A stretch of DNA of 64,000 bases, from NCBI GenBank assembly GCA_900315455.1, contig OMZE01000007.1, positions 46,447-110,446 of the forward strand, written 5' to 3'. A program made the position numbers and the translations under genes. This document shows, piece after piece, positions 40,124 through 50,283 of this stretch. This DNA is from an uncultured Prevotellaceae bacterium (lineage in GTDB: Bacteria > Bacteroidota > Bacteroidia > Bacteroidales > Bacteroidaceae). Positions within the stretch are counted from its first letter, which is position 1. Each line of letters begins with the position of its first letter. The notes under the pieces are model-generated. The model searched no databases and was not told the DNA's origin. It worked only from the letters and a program-made list of their open reading frames with translations.

Positions 40124-40963
40124 CTATAACTCCATCACTGCGGTGAAGCAGTCGTTGAATTGCTCGGCGATGCCAGAGGGCTGGTGGTCGAAGATGCCGA
40201 AGACAGCACTGCCGCTGCCTGTCATCTGGGCATAGAGGGCTCCGTCGGCATAGAGGGCTTCCTTAATCTCGCCGATGCGTGGGTAGAGGGCGAAGATGGG
40301 GGCTTCGAAGTCGTTGACCAGTTCGTTGCGCCATGTGCTGATGGGCTGGCATACGATCTCACGGCAACTCTTTTCAGGCTGGCGGGGATGGATGTTGGCG
40401 TAGGCCTCGCGGGTGGAGACGGCGATGTCGGGTTTCACCAAGGCGAGGTGATAGCCGTTGAGATTGCCATACTCCCCGTCGGCGGGCTCAAGGATATCGC
40501 CGATGCCGGTGGCAAAAGCGGGTTCAGCGGTGATGAAGAAAGCGCAGTCGGCTCCCAGGCGGGCGGCATAGCGTTCCATCTCGGCATTGCCGATATTGAG
40601 GTGGTATTCCTCGTCGAGCAACCTGATCATGAAGGCGGCATCGCTCGAACCGCCTCCCAGTCCGGCCTGCGACGGGATGCGCTTGAGCAGATGGGCGTGG
40701 AGCCGGGGCAACCGGAAGTCTTGTGCCAGCAGGTTGTAGGCTTTCACTACGAGGTTGCTGTCGTCATCGCTGTCGATGGCAATCCCCGTTGTCTTGATGT
40801 CGCACGGGCGTTCGCTGGGGAAGTGGTGGTCCATCTTGTACACAGAGAGGGCATCGTAGAGCGGGATGGGGTAGAACACGGTTTCCAGATTGTGGTATCC
40901 GTCAGGGCGTTTCGACACCACGTTGAGTCCAAGATTGATTTTTGCGCAGGGAAATACTGTCAT
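40124..40963 (-). CDS. ispE: 4-diphosphocytidyl-2-C-methyl-D-erythritol kinase
   Basis: AKINLGL, PSQAGLGGGSSDAA, MTGSGSAVFG. Confidence 0.96.
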   Translation of the reverse strand: MTVFPCAKINLGLNVVSKRPDGYHNLETVFYPIPLYDALSVYKMDHHFPSERPCDIKTTGIAIDSDDDSNLVVKAYNLLAQDFRLPRLHAHLLKRIPSQAGLGGGSSDAAFMIRLLDEEYHLNIGNAEMERYAARLGADCAFFITAEPAFATGIGDILEPADGEYGNLNGYHLALVKPDIAVSTREAYANIHPRQPEKSCREIVCQPISTWRNELVNDFEAPIFALYPRIGEIKEALYADGALYAQMTGSGSAVFGIFDHQPSGIAEQFNDCFTAVMEL

Positions 40964-41070
40964 ATCTTATTAGAGTTCATCCATATTGGTTTCAATGTTA
41001 TCATGCAAATGTATACATTATATCTGACATGAACAACTTCTGGGCTGGTTTTTATATTTTTTTTTAAACA

Positions 41071-41104
41071 ACGGCCTCCACACTGTTTCCAATGTGGAGG
41101 CCGT
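41071..41104 (-). terminator. Terminator of the arginine catabolic operon
   Basis: Perfect 12-bp stem ACGGCCTCCACA/TGTGGAGGCCGT, TGTTT tail on minus strand. Confidence 0.75.
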
Positions 41105-41150
41105 ATATGCCACGAGGCACCTTCGATAAGTCAGCGCATGTGTCCCCCTA

Positions 41151-41177
41151 TAACTCCTTGAAGTGGGGCGAATGCGA
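41151..41177 (+). repeat. Dispersed 27-bp intergenic motif, copy 1
   Basis: TAACTCCTTGAAGTGGGGCGAATGCGA. Confidence 0.75.
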
Positions 41178-41187
41178 TATTATGTAG

Positions 41188-42450
41188 TCAGTCGCGTAGG
41201 ATAGGCATGGTCATACAGCGTGCGCCACCGCCGGCGCGGGGGAGTTCCGAACCCGGGAAGGCTGCCACGAAGGAGGGGTAGTCGTTCATGTCGACTTTGC
41301 CGCTGACGATGTCCTCGGCATTGAGCACGGCAAACCCGGCTTTGTCGAGGGCGTCGATGGTGTGGGTGTTGCGCTGATAGCCCATCACCTTGCCATCGCC
41401 GAGGGCGAAGAAGTTGGCACCGCTGTGCCACTGCTCGCGCAGTTGGTCCCAGGAGTCGCTGCCGCCACAGACCACTGGCTGCAAGTCCCATCCCAGTGAG
41501 CGCAGTCCGCTGAGGATGTCGCGCACCTGATGGTAGGTCACCTTGCCGTTGTGGATGCGTATGAGTGTGGTGGCCTTGTTGGCAAAGAACCCCTCTTTCT
41601 TCAGCATAGGCTCAAACACCATGCAGTGGTGCTGCGAGAGGAAGGTGAACACCATGTCGAGGTGGATGAACGAGTCGGGGTCGGTGGGCATCTCCTGCAC
41701 GAGAATATTGAAGTGGTCGCGCTCGCGGGCGAAGGTCTGCGCGAGGTATTCTATGCCTTTGGCATTGGTGCGTATGCCTTCACCGATGCAGAGCAGGTCG
41801 GGCGAGGCGATGTGGATGTCACCTCCCTCGGTGCGTGCCATGGGGTTCCATGTGGCGGCGTTGAGCATCTCCGCCTTGAAGAAATGGCGGAAAATGGCAT
41901 CGTAGATGAGTGTCTCGCGCTCACGCACCTCGAAACTCATCGAGTTGATGAGCACACGGTTATAGATGGTCGAGGAGGCGTCGCGTGTGAAGAAGAGGTT
42001 GTAGAGGGGCTTTAGCAGGTAGCGGTCGTCGGAGAACCCGTCCCACTGTTCCTTCTCATAGCCCTCGATGAGGATGCGTGCCAGGGCCTTGCTGTCGAGT
42101 TCCATCAGGTATTCGGACAGTCCGTTGTTCACCTGCTGCTGTTGTGAGGTGCGCCGGTCGTGGCGCAGACTCTCGGCAACCAGATACTGACGGATGTCAT
42201 TGTCGTTGAGCAACTGTTCAAGAATGTCGCTCACGTAATAGACGTCGCACCAACGTTCCAGTACTCCGCTGAAGAGGTCGTACTCCTTGTCGACAGTCGG
42301 ACGGTCGAGGATGTCGCTGTAGAGTGCCTGGGTGGCGTTGAGGGGCGTCATGCGCTCTATTTCAATGCCGGGCCGTCGGAGCAGCACCGCCCGCAGGCGG
42401 CCTGTCTCCGAGCCCACATTGATATTGCATGGGTGTATGTCGGTGCTCAT
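41188..42450 (-). CDS. arcA: Arginine deiminase
   Basis: VGSETGRLRAVLL, NLFFTRD, EGGD, HLDMVF, ELPRAGGGARCMTMP; ATG 42450 overlaps the pruA stop. Confidence 0.9.
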   Translation of the reverse strand: MSTDIHPCNINVGSETGRLRAVLLRRPGIEIERMTPLNATQALYSDILDRPTVDKEYDLFSGVLERWCDVYYVSDILEQLLNDNDIRQYLVAESLRHDRRTSQQQQVNNGLSEYLMELDSKALARILIEGYEKEQWDGFSDDRYLLKPLYNLFFTRDASSTIYNRVLINSMSFEVRERETLIYDAIFRHFFKAEMLNAATWNPMARTEGGDIHIASPDLLCIGEGIRTNAKGIEYLAQTFARERDHFNILVQEMPTDPDSFIHLDMVFTFLSQHHCMVFEPMLKKEGFFANKATTLIRIHNGKVTYHQVRDILSGLRSLGWDLQPVVCGGSDSWDQLREQWHSGANFFALGDGKVMGYQRNTHTIDALDKAGFAVLNAEDIVSGKVDMNDYPSFVAAFPGSELPRAGGGARCMTMPILRD

Positions 42451-44072
42451 TTCATGTATGAATATCGGTAATCGGTGGGCGACACAAGGGTCTCCTTTAC
42501 TACACGTGGTATAATCCATCGGATGAGGTTGAACTCTCCTCCGGCCTTGTCGTTGGTGCCACTGGCACGCGCTCCTCCGAAGGGCTGCATGCCTACCACG
42601 GCCCCCGTGGGCTTGTCGTTGATGTAGAAATTGCCGGCGGCATAACTCAGTGCATCGGTAATCTTCTCCACTGCCATGCGGTCGCGGCCGAAGACGGCTC
42701 CGGTAAGTCCATAGGGCGATGTCTCGTCGCACAGGCGCACAGTCTCTTCCACCTTGTCGTCGTCGTAGGGGAAGACGGTGAGGATGGGACCGAAGATTTC
42801 TTCTTCCATCGACTTGAACCGTGGATTGGTGGTCTCGATGACGGTGGGCTCCACAAACCATCCCTTGGTCTTGTCGCAGGTGCCTCCGAGCACAATCTTG
42901 GCATCGTCGGCTTTTTTTGCAAACTCGATATACGACTGGCATTTGTCGAATGAGGCCTCGTCGATGACAGCATTGATATAGTTCATGGGGTCTTTTACAT
43001 CGCCCATCTTGATCTCTTTGGCCATGCGCTTGATGTCGTCGAGCACGTCGGGCCACAGGCTCTTCGGGATGTACATGCGCGAGGCAGCAGAGCATTTCTG
43101 GCCTTGGAACTCGAAGGCTCCGCAGAAGGCTGCCGTAGCCACAGCCTTGGTGTCGGCGCTGGGGTGCACGAAGATGAAGTCCTTGCCGCCTGTCTCTCCC
43201 ACGAGCCGGGGATAGGAGATGTAGCGGTCGAGTTGACTGCACGCCTGTTGCCATAGGCTCTTGAAGGTGGCGGTAGAGCCGGTGAAGTGGATGCCGGCGA
43301 AATGTTTCGACTGTGTGGCTACCTCGCCAATCAGCGCACCACTTCCGGGGAGGAAGTTTACCACGCCGTCGGGCAGTCCGGCTTCCTTGTAGAGTTGCAT
43401 GAGGTAGTAGTTGCTCAGCAGGGCGGTGGTGGATGGTTTCCACAGTGCCACGTTGCCCATGAGCACAGGGGTCATGCACAGGTTGGAGGCGATGGACGTG
43501 AAGTTGAATGGGGTGACGGCGAGGACGAAACCCTCGAGCGGACGGTATTCGGTATGGTTGAGTTGTGCCACGCCGTCCTTGGGTTGCATGGCATAGATTT
43601 TCGAGGCGTAGTGCACGTTGTAACGGAAGAAGTCGATGGTCTCGCAGGCGGAGTCAATCTCTGCCTGGAAGAAGTTCTTGCTCTGACCGAGCATCGTGGC
43701 GGCATTCATGATGGGGCGGTACTTCGTGGCGAGCAGTTCGGCCATCTTCATCACGATGGCGGCACGGGTGGTCCATGGCGTGCGGCTCCATTCCTTCCAT
43801 GCCTTCATGGCGGTCTCAATGGCCAACTCTATCTCTTTCTTGCCTACCTTGTGGTAGGTGGCGAGCACGTGCTGGTGGTCGTGCGGACAGGTTACCTTGC
43901 CTGTGTCGCCGGTGCGTATCTCCTTGCCGCCGATGATAATGGGGATGTCGACAACGGTGTTGCTCTGCCGCTCCAGTTCTTTCTCAAGGGCGATGCGCTC
44001 TGGCGAGCCTGCCAGATAGGTCTTCACCGGCTCATTGGCCGGGAGGGGGAATGTGATGATGGAATTGTTCAT
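42447..44072 (-). CDS. pruA: L-glutamate gamma-semialdehyde (P5C) dehydrogenase
   Basis: PFNFTSI, FTGST, GETGGKDF, FQGQKCSA, PFGGARASGTNDKAG. Confidence 0.95.
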   Translation of the reverse strand: MNNSIITFPLPANEPVKTYLAGSPERIALEKELERQSNTVVDIPIIIGGKEIRTGDTGKVTCPHDHQHVLATYHKVGKKEIELAIETAMKAWKEWSRTPWTTRAAIVMKMAELLATKYRPIMNAATMLGQSKNFFQAEIDSACETIDFFRYNVHYASKIYAMQPKDGVAQLNHTEYRPLEGFVLAVTPFNFTSIASNLCMTPVLMGNVALWKPSTTALLSNYYLMQLYKEAGLPDGVVNFLPGSGALIGEVATQSKHFAGIHFTGSTATFKSLWQQACSQLDRYISYPRLVGETGGKDFIFVHPSADTKAVATAAFCGAFEFQGQKCSAASRMYIPKSLWPDVLDDIKRMAKEIKMGDVKDPMNYINAVIDEASFDKCQSYIEFAKKADDAKIVLGGTCDKTKGWFVEPTVIETTNPRFKSMEEEIFGPILTVFPYDDDKVEETVRLCDETSPYGLTGAVFGRDRMAVEKITDALSYAAGNFYINDKPTGAVVGMQPFGGARASGTNDKAGGEFNLIRWIIPRVVKETLVSPTDYRYSYMK

Positions 44073-44106
44073 GTGTCGATAGTATTAAAATGGTTGTTGT
44101 GATGTC

Positions 44107-45027
44107 TTAGAAAATCTCGGCAATCATGCACCGGGCACTGCCTCCGCCAACGGTCTCGATGGCGTGGATAGGGGGTGCTACGATGCGTGTGTGGCGGGAG
44201 AGGGTGTCGAACTGACTGGGGGTGAGCGACTGCCGGGCGGTGTCGCTCATCACCAATAGTTGTTCACCATGGATATTGCTGACCTCAAGCATGTTGCCGG
44301 CAAATTGGCGCACCTGGGCCTGGGTGATGGGCACCACCTCTTTGCCGCTGTCGGCAAGGCGTCGCACAAGTTCGGCACGTTGATGGTCGTCACGGATGCT
44401 GTCGAGGCATACCACGGCAACGTCGATGCCCACGTGCATCACTACGTTGGTGTGGTATACCGGTGTGCCGTTGTCGTCGGTGCTGTCGAAGAGGAAATAG
44501 TCGTAGCCCAACTGTTGGGCCCAGTCGGCCACTACCTCTTCGTGGGTGCGTGGTGAGCGGCAGGCGTAGGCCATGTGCCGCTGCCTGTCGAGGATGAGTG
44601 AACCGGTGCCTTCGAGGAAATGCGCGTCGTTCTCCCAATGGGTGAGGTCGACAACCTTGTCGAATGGCATCTCAACCAATAGGGGGCGCAGTTTCTCACG
44701 CTCGTCACGGCGGTTGGGGGCAAACATGGGGTAGAGCACCAGTGTGCGCCCTTTGTCGTCGAGGTGGGTGGAGAAACAGTTGTTGGGGAAGATGGAGTCA
44801 GGGGTGAAAGGGTATGGGGTGTCATCAACGACGGTTACCCGTACGCCGTTCTGCCGGAGCAGGGCTACGTAGTCGTCGAATTCCTTCAGGGCCTGTTGCT
44901 GCAGACCGTTCTCCCCGGCTTCATCGCTCCGCTGCTGGAAAGCATTGTTGCCGGCAGTTTCTTCATTGAAGGCGAAGCGCACAGGCCGCACCATCAAAAG
45001 ATGTGAAGTGGTTTGGTTCAGCATCAT
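44107..45027 (-). CDS. ctlX: Amidinotransferase-fold hydrolase, citrulline utilization (CtlX) family
   Basis: LLMVRP.RF.FN.ETA.NN.FQ, TPDSIFPNN, LEGTGS, YHTNV, GGGSARCMIAEIF. Confidence 0.85.
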   Translation of the reverse strand: MMLNQTTSHLLMVRPVRFAFNEETAGNNAFQQRSDEAGENGLQQQALKEFDDYVALLRQNGVRVTVVDDTPYPFTPDSIFPNNCFSTHLDDKGRTLVLYPMFAPNRRDEREKLRPLLVEMPFDKVVDLTHWENDAHFLEGTGSLILDRQRHMAYACRSPRTHEEVVADWAQQLGYDYFLFDSTDDNGTPVYHTNVVMHVGIDVAVVCLDSIRDDHQRAELVRRLADSGKEVVPITQAQVRQFAGNMLEVSNIHGEQLLVMSDTARQSLTPSQFDTLSRHTRIVAPPIHAIETVGGGSARCMIAEIF

Positions 45028-45165
45028 CTTCAATCGGTCGAATTCTGGTTTTTATTCAATTACTCCACTTTTGCAACTATGGAGAGATATGGATCGAAGA
45101 AATAGTTCATACGTCCCTTCATCTCTCCATTCGCTCCTATATGGTGAGCGAACGCAAGTCGTGAA

Positions 45166-46425
45166 TCAATTTTCCTCAAACGTCTCCTTGATGATGCTGA
45201 TGGCTTCCATCAGTTCAGCCTCGTTGATGCACAGCGGTGGGGCAAAACGGATGATATGGTCGTGGGTGGGCTTGGCGAGCAGGCCTTTCTCTTTCATGCT
45301 GAGGCAGATGTCCCATGCGGTCTTGCCGTTCACAGGCTTGGTGACAATGGCGTTGAGCAGGCCGCGGCCACGGACTTGTTCGATAAACGGCGATTGTATC
45401 TTCCTTACCTCTTCGCGGAAAATCTTTCCCATAGCCTCGGCGTTCTCTACGAGGTGCTCATCGCGCACCACCTTCAACGCTTCTACAGCCACACGGGCGG
45501 CAAGGGGGAATCCACCAAAGGTGGAGCCGTGCTCACCGGGCTTGATGTTGAGCATGATGTCGTCGTCGGCAAGACAGGCGGAAACGGGGAGGACACCACC
45601 GCCAAGGGCCTTGCCCAGCACGACAATGTCGGGGCGTATGCCGTCGTGCTCCGAACAGAGCATCTTGCCCGTGCGGGCAATGCCGGTCTGCACCTCGTCG
45701 GCGATGAACAGCACGTTGTGTGCATGACAGAGGTCGTAGCAGGTCTTCAGGTAACCGTCATCGGGAACGAAGACTCCTGCCTCTCCCTGGATGGGTTCGG
45801 CGATGAAGGCGCATACCTCGTCGCCATATTGGTCGAGGGCTTTCCTCAATGCTTCGGTGTCGTTGTAGGGAATGCGGATGAAACCTGGTGTGAGGGGACC
45901 ATACTGTGCGTAGGAACTGGGGTCGTTGCTCATTGTAATCACCGTCACGGTGCGGCCGTGGAAGTTGCCCTCGCAGCAGATGACCTTGATCTTGTCGTTT
46001 TCAATGCCTTTTTTCACAGCGCCCCAGCGGCGGGCGAGTTTCAGGGCAGTCTCCACACCCTCGGCACCGGTGTTCATCGGCAGCACGCGGTCGTAGCCGA
46101 AGTAGTCGTGCATGAACTTCTCGTATTCGCAGAGGGCGTCGTTGTAGAATGCCCGTGAGGTGAGGCAGAGAAGGTCGGCCTGGTCTTTCAGCGCTTTCAC
46201 GATGCGGGGATGGCAGTGCCCTTGGTTCACTGCGGAATAAGAGGAGAGGAAGTCGAAGTATTTCTTGCCTTCCACGTCCCATACGTAGATGCCTTTCCCT
46301 CGGTGGAGGACAACAGGAAGGGGATGGTAGTTGTGGGCTCCGTATTGCTCTTCCAACTCCATCAGTTGCTCACTGCCGAGCATGGCTTTTCCTTGTTCGT
46401 GGGTGTTTTCAAATGTCTTTTCCAT
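45166..46425 (-). CDS. rocD: Ornithine--oxo-acid aminotransferase
   Basis: [49 protein letters not shown]. Confidence 0.96.
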   Translation of the reverse strand: MEKTFENTHEQGKAMLGSEQLMELEEQYGAHNYHPLPVVLHRGKGIYVWDVEGKKYFDFLSSYSAVNQGHCHPRIVKALKDQADLLCLTSRAFYNDALCEYEKFMHDYFGYDRVLPMNTGAEGVETALKLARRWGAVKKGIENDKIKVICCEGNFHGRTVTVITMSNDPSSYAQYGPLTPGFIRIPYNDTEALRKALDQYGDEVCAFIAEPIQGEAGVFVPDDGYLKTCYDLCHAHNVLFIADEVQTGIARTGKMLCSEHDGIRPDIVVLGKALGGGVLPVSACLADDDIMLNIKPGEHGSTFGGFPLAARVAVEALKVVRDEHLVENAEAMGKIFREEVRKIQSPFIEQVRGRGLLNAIVTKPVNGKTAWDICLSMKEKGLLAKPTHDHIIRFAPPLCINEAELMEAISIIKETFEEN

Positions 46426-46456
46426 AGTAAGTTTGTAAGTTTATGCGATTTTTTTG

Positions 46457-46464
46457 CAAATTTA
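46457..46464 (-). promoter_or_regulatory. -7 promoter element for the rocD operon
   Basis: TAAATTTG on minus strand about 30 nt upstream of rocD. Confidence 0.6.
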
Positions 46465-46597
46465 GTTTTATTCTCGGAAAAGACATTGAAAATTGTGCTA
46501 ATTTTCGTTAAAAGCAAGTGCGTTTTATGTGGAATAATGATAACTTAGCGGCTATAATGCGATTGAACATGTTTTACCTGTTAATTCAAATTTAGTC

Positions 46598-47719
46598 ATG
46601 AAGCGTTGCATGCTCGTAACACTGGCCTTTGCCATGACCATTACCTCTTATGCCCAACAGAACGACCTGACGATAGCATGGCCGTCGGAGGGCTATCACA
46701 CCCCAGGAAATCAGTATCTCTTACCGTTGAACACGGAGGTGCATTTCGGTGCGCTCCCGGCATCGGCCACGGGGTGGCGATGGGAATTGCCCGGTGCCAC
46801 TCCTGAAGTCGTGGAGGAACAGGAGGCGGCGGTGGTGTATGCCGAGGAAGGTGTTTATGACGTACGTCTTGAGGCTAATGTCAACGGGGTGGATAAAGTA
46901 TTGCACTTCGACAATGTCATCCAGGCTGGTGATGCCAATTTCGTGTGGAATATTGCCAGCGAAGAGGTGGAACGGTTGGAGACCATCGCGCTGGCGTGGT
47001 ATGGCTATTATGGCGGCACTAACTGGCTGGGGATGGAGAAGTTTGCTGAGGCGTTCCATGACCCGATGCAAACGGCTTATATCGACAGCGTGGCAGTGCG
47101 CTTCGGCGCGGTCGACGTGGCGACAGAGGGCGCCGAAATCACCTTGTCGGTGAATGCCGTGGATGAGAATGGTATGCCAGGAGAGCCGCTTGGTGTTACC
47201 TCGCTGTTGGCTTCGCAAGTCAATAGGACAGCGGGAGAGAGCACTTTCTTCCGTTTCGCTGAAGCAGTGAGGGTCGACGGACCTTTCTTCGTGGTCATCG
47301 GTGGTTTTCCCAAAGCCAATGGCGATGGCCTCGCCATCGAGTGCGTGCGTAGGCCGGTAGGGGAGGTGTGCACAGCCTACCACTTGCTTGCCGACGAGGA
47401 TGTTTACTATCAGCCTACAGGCACTTATACCTGGTATCAGAACGTAGACGACCCCACTTCTTTTGCTATCTGCCCTTGGCTGCGCTATGCCACATCGACG
47501 GGGGTGACCGACAGGTGGCTTGCGGAGGACTCTGCCGCCCGTTTCGATGGTCATACCCTCTATCTGCCGGCAAACATTTCACGGCTGGAAATCTTTGGCG
47601 TAGATGGCAGAAAGGTCCTCTTTATCGACCATCCATCCACTTCCGTCTCGCTGGAATCCTTGTCACACGGCATCTACCTCATCCATGCCGATGGCATGAT
47701 AATGAAGGTTAGGAAATAG
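46598..47719 (+). CDS. Secreted PKD-domain protein with T9SS-like C-terminal sorting domain
   Basis: Signal peptide; WRWELPGATP...Y...GVYDVRL; IFGVDGRKV...GIYLI...KV. Confidence 0.75.
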   Translation: MKRCMLVTLAFAMTITSYAQQNDLTIAWPSEGYHTPGNQYLLPLNTEVHFGALPASATGWRWELPGATPEVVEEQEAAVVYAEEGVYDVRLEANVNGVDKVLHFDNVIQAGDANFVWNIASEEVERLETIALAWYGYYGGTNWLGMEKFAEAFHDPMQTAYIDSVAVRFGAVDVATEGAEITLSVNAVDENGMPGEPLGVTSLLASQVNRTAGESTFFRFAEAVRVDGPFFVVIGGFPKANGDGLAIECVRRPVGEVCTAYHLLADEDVYYQPTGTYTWYQNVDDPTSFAICPWLRYATSTGVTDRWLAEDSAARFDGHTLYLPANISRLEIFGVDGRKVLFIDHPSTSVSLESLSHGIYLIHADGMIMKVRK

Positions 47720-47865
47720 GAAATACCACCATTCAATCATCCGGGGAAATAGAATCTAATCTTTCGGAATAGCCCCCCAATGGGTAGATATCCATACGTT
47801 TCTTTAACAAAAATATGGATTTGAGGCGGTTTTTATGCTGAATTTTTAACTTTTTTAGCAAATTA

Positions 47866-47897
47866 TTTGGAAATAAAAATATTTTTTAGTATTTTTG
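47866..47897 (+). promoter_or_regulatory. Bacteroidetes primary-sigma promoter
   Basis: TTTG, 20-nt spacer, TATTTTTG. Confidence 0.7.
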
Positions 47898-47923
47898 CAA
47901 AGGAAAACAATTAAGTATTACGT

Positions 47924-48739
47924 GTGAAATTCAAGTCTCTCATCTTTATTTCTCTGTGGGCTGCCTTGCTCGCTTCTTGCGACTTCAAACTGAAGCCGTT
48001 TAGTGAGATGATGGACGATACTTTGGAAATTACCATACAACGATATGACAGGATTGAGAGCCTCTACCTGACGACCGGTGACTTCTCCGCCCTCCAGCAG
48101 ATGAGTACAGACTATCCCAATGAGACACGCACACTCATCGAGGACGTGCTGGGACTCGGCGATGTGAGCGACCCTCAAATCAACTCCAAACTGCTCCGGT
48201 TCTATCAAGACTCCACGCTACAGACGGTCATCTCCGATGCAGAGGTACAATATGCCAATATGAGCGATCTCAACACGCAGTTGACGGAGGCTTTCCATAC
48301 GTTGAAGACCTGGATTCCCGATATAAAAATCCCCATGGTCTACGCGCAAATCTGCGCCCTCGACCATAGTATAGTTGTGGGTGACGGTTCGGTGGGCATC
48401 TGTCTCGACAAATACCTCGGTGCCAACTATCCTATCTATGAAAAATACTATGACAAGCAGCAGCGCCAGTCGATGTCACGTGAATATATCGTACCCGACT
48501 TCATCTGTTTCTATCTGCTGAGCCTTTATCCACTGCCCAATTTCTACAACGCACCTCAGCGTGACCTTGACCTGCATGTAGCCAAGATTCAATGGGCTGC
48601 CAACAAGGTGTTGGGATATGCGTTCTTCAAATCGAAGTATGTGAGGAAGTTCGACAAGTACATGCAAAAATACCCCGAGGTGTCTTTCAGACAACTGCTC
48701 GAAGACCTCGACTATGACAAATACGACAAGATGGATTAA
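47924..48739 (+). CDS. GldB-related lipoprotein
   Basis: GTG start, lipobox LASC, RYDR.E, GICLDKYLG.NYP.Y. Confidence 0.75.
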   Translation: MKFKSLIFISLWAALLASCDFKLKPFSEMMDDTLEITIQRYDRIESLYLTTGDFSALQQMSTDYPNETRTLIEDVLGLGDVSDPQINSKLLRFYQDSTLQTVISDAEVQYANMSDLNTQLTEAFHTLKTWIPDIKIPMVYAQICALDHSIVVGDGSVGICLDKYLGANYPIYEKYYDKQQRQSMSREYIVPDFICFYLLSLYPLPNFYNAPQRDLDLHVAKIQWAANKVLGYAFFKSKYVRKFDKYMQKYPEVSFRQLLEDLDYDKYDKMD

Positions 48740-48777
48740 AAAGGGGGCAATTCGCTTGCTGCCCATGTGCTTTCTTT

Positions 48778-48804
48778 TAACTCCTGAAAGTGGAGCGAAT
48801 GCCA
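48778..48804 (+). repeat. Dispersed 27-bp intergenic motif, copy 2
   Basis: TAACTCCTGAAAGTGGAGCGAATGCCA. Confidence 0.75.
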
Positions 48805-48974
48805 AACTTGAGTCTTAAATAACCTAAACTTTTGCTTTATTTAACGGCATAATGGCCTAACTACTTGCATAATTCAAAAAAAATCGCCATCTTTGCATCG
48901 ATTTTCAAATGCAGGCCGTCTCTATAGCCCTCAAAGGACGAAAAAGGCGGTCTGTGGATACTATTGCAATAGAA

Positions 48975-50267
48975 ATGAAAAAATTCTTATCGATTGCCAT
49001 TATGATGGCTCTCTCGGTCAGTGCCGTGGCACAGAGCGGCACTAATTCGCCGTATTCCCAATATGGTATGGGTATCCTTTCCGACCAGTCAACGGGAGGC
49101 AACAAGGGAATGAACGGACTTGGTGTGGGTTCAAGAGACGGTGGTCAGGTAAATGTGCTCAATCCGGCTTCCTTCTCGTCAATCGACTCCCTGACTTTCA
49201 TTTTCGACGCGGGAATGTCGGGGCAAATCACCAATTTCGAGGAGAACGGGAAACGCCTCAATGCCAAGAATGCCAACTTCGACTATGCTGTTGCCGCTTT
49301 CAGAGTGTTCAAGCACGTGGGAATGAGTTTTGGCGTGTTGCCCTTTTCTACCGTGGGATATTCATACGCCAGTACCAACAAAGTGGGTGACATCAACTCC
49401 ACTACCTATACCAATACCTACAAGGGTTCGGGTGGTTTCCGCCAAGCCTATATCGGTATGGGATGGGAACTGTTCAAGGGTTTCTCCGTTGGAGCGAGCG
49501 CAGCATATTTGTGGGGCGACTACGACAGGTCGGTCGTCAATAGTTACAGCGACAACTATGTCAATACCCTCTCCAAATATTATAATGTGGAAGTGTCTGA
49601 CGTGAAGTTCGACTTTGGTGCACAAATCACCGTTCCTTTCTCCAAGAAGAGCCGACTTACCCTGGGATTCACCTACGGATTGGGGAAGAGCCTGCATGCC
49701 GACCCGGAATGCAAGGTGATCTCCAACAACTCTCAGACAAGCGTGTCAGACACTACAGCATACGTCGTGAAAGATGGTTTGAAACTGCCCACCACCCTCA
49801 GCGGAGGCGCCATGCTCACTCTCAACAACCAACTTCGGATTGGAGCGGATTATTCGTTGCAGAAATGGGCTAGCGTGGGATTCCCTGAATATCAGGTAAA
49901 CAACAGTGTTCCTTCGTATTCCCTGAACGACAACTATTACAAAGACCGACACAAGGTGACGGTGGGAGGGGAATACTGCAAGAACCCGGCGGCACGCAAC
50001 TTCTTCGGAAGGATGAGGTTTAGGGCTGGAGCATCTTACTCCACACCTTATTTAAATATTAGCGGCCATGACGGACCAAAGGAAATCAGCGTGAGCGCAG
50101 GATTGGGCATACCCCTGGTCAACGTATGGAACAGCAGGCCTATCCTGAACATCAGTGGACAATGGGTGAGGACAGATGCCACGAACTTCATCAAGGAGAA
50201 CACATTCCGCATCAATATAGGCATCACTTTCAACGAGAGATGGTTCATGAAGTGGAAAGTGGATTGA
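48975..50267 (+). CDS. Outer membrane beta-barrel protein (FadL/TodX-like)
   Basis: Signal peptide, NSPYSQYG.G, NPAS motif, C-terminal FNERWF; precedes lptC. Confidence 0.8.
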   Translation: MKKFLSIAIMMALSVSAVAQSGTNSPYSQYGMGILSDQSTGGNKGMNGLGVGSRDGGQVNVLNPASFSSIDSLTFIFDAGMSGQITNFEENGKRLNAKNANFDYAVAAFRVFKHVGMSFGVLPFSTVGYSYASTNKVGDINSTTYTNTYKGSGGFRQAYIGMGWELFKGFSVGASAAYLWGDYDRSVVNSYSDNYVNTLSKYYNVEVSDVKFDFGAQITVPFSKKSRLTLGFTYGLGKSLHADPECKVISNNSQTSVSDTTAYVVKDGLKLPTTLSGGAMLTLNNQLRIGADYSLQKWASVGFPEYQVNNSVPSYSLNDNYYKDRHKVTVGGEYCKNPAARNFFGRMRFRAGASYSTPYLNISGHDGPKEISVSAGLGIPLVNVWNSRPILNISGQWVRTDATNFIKENTFRINIGITFNERWFMKWKVD

Positions 50268-50283
50268 GACCGAATGCCCGCTC

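Noticed and set aside
42451-43479. Roughly 340-aa N-terminal extension of the arginine deiminase ORF (763 aa in the track)
   Set aside because: It overlaps pruA in another frame and has Arg/His/Pro-rich shadow composition; the ADI motif begins just after ATG 42450, which overlaps the pruA stop
41151-48804. Genomic island flanked by direct repeats
   Set aside because: No integrase or tRNA, repeats are only 23/27 identical, a third copy lies outside, and the interval includes a probable core gene (gldB-like)
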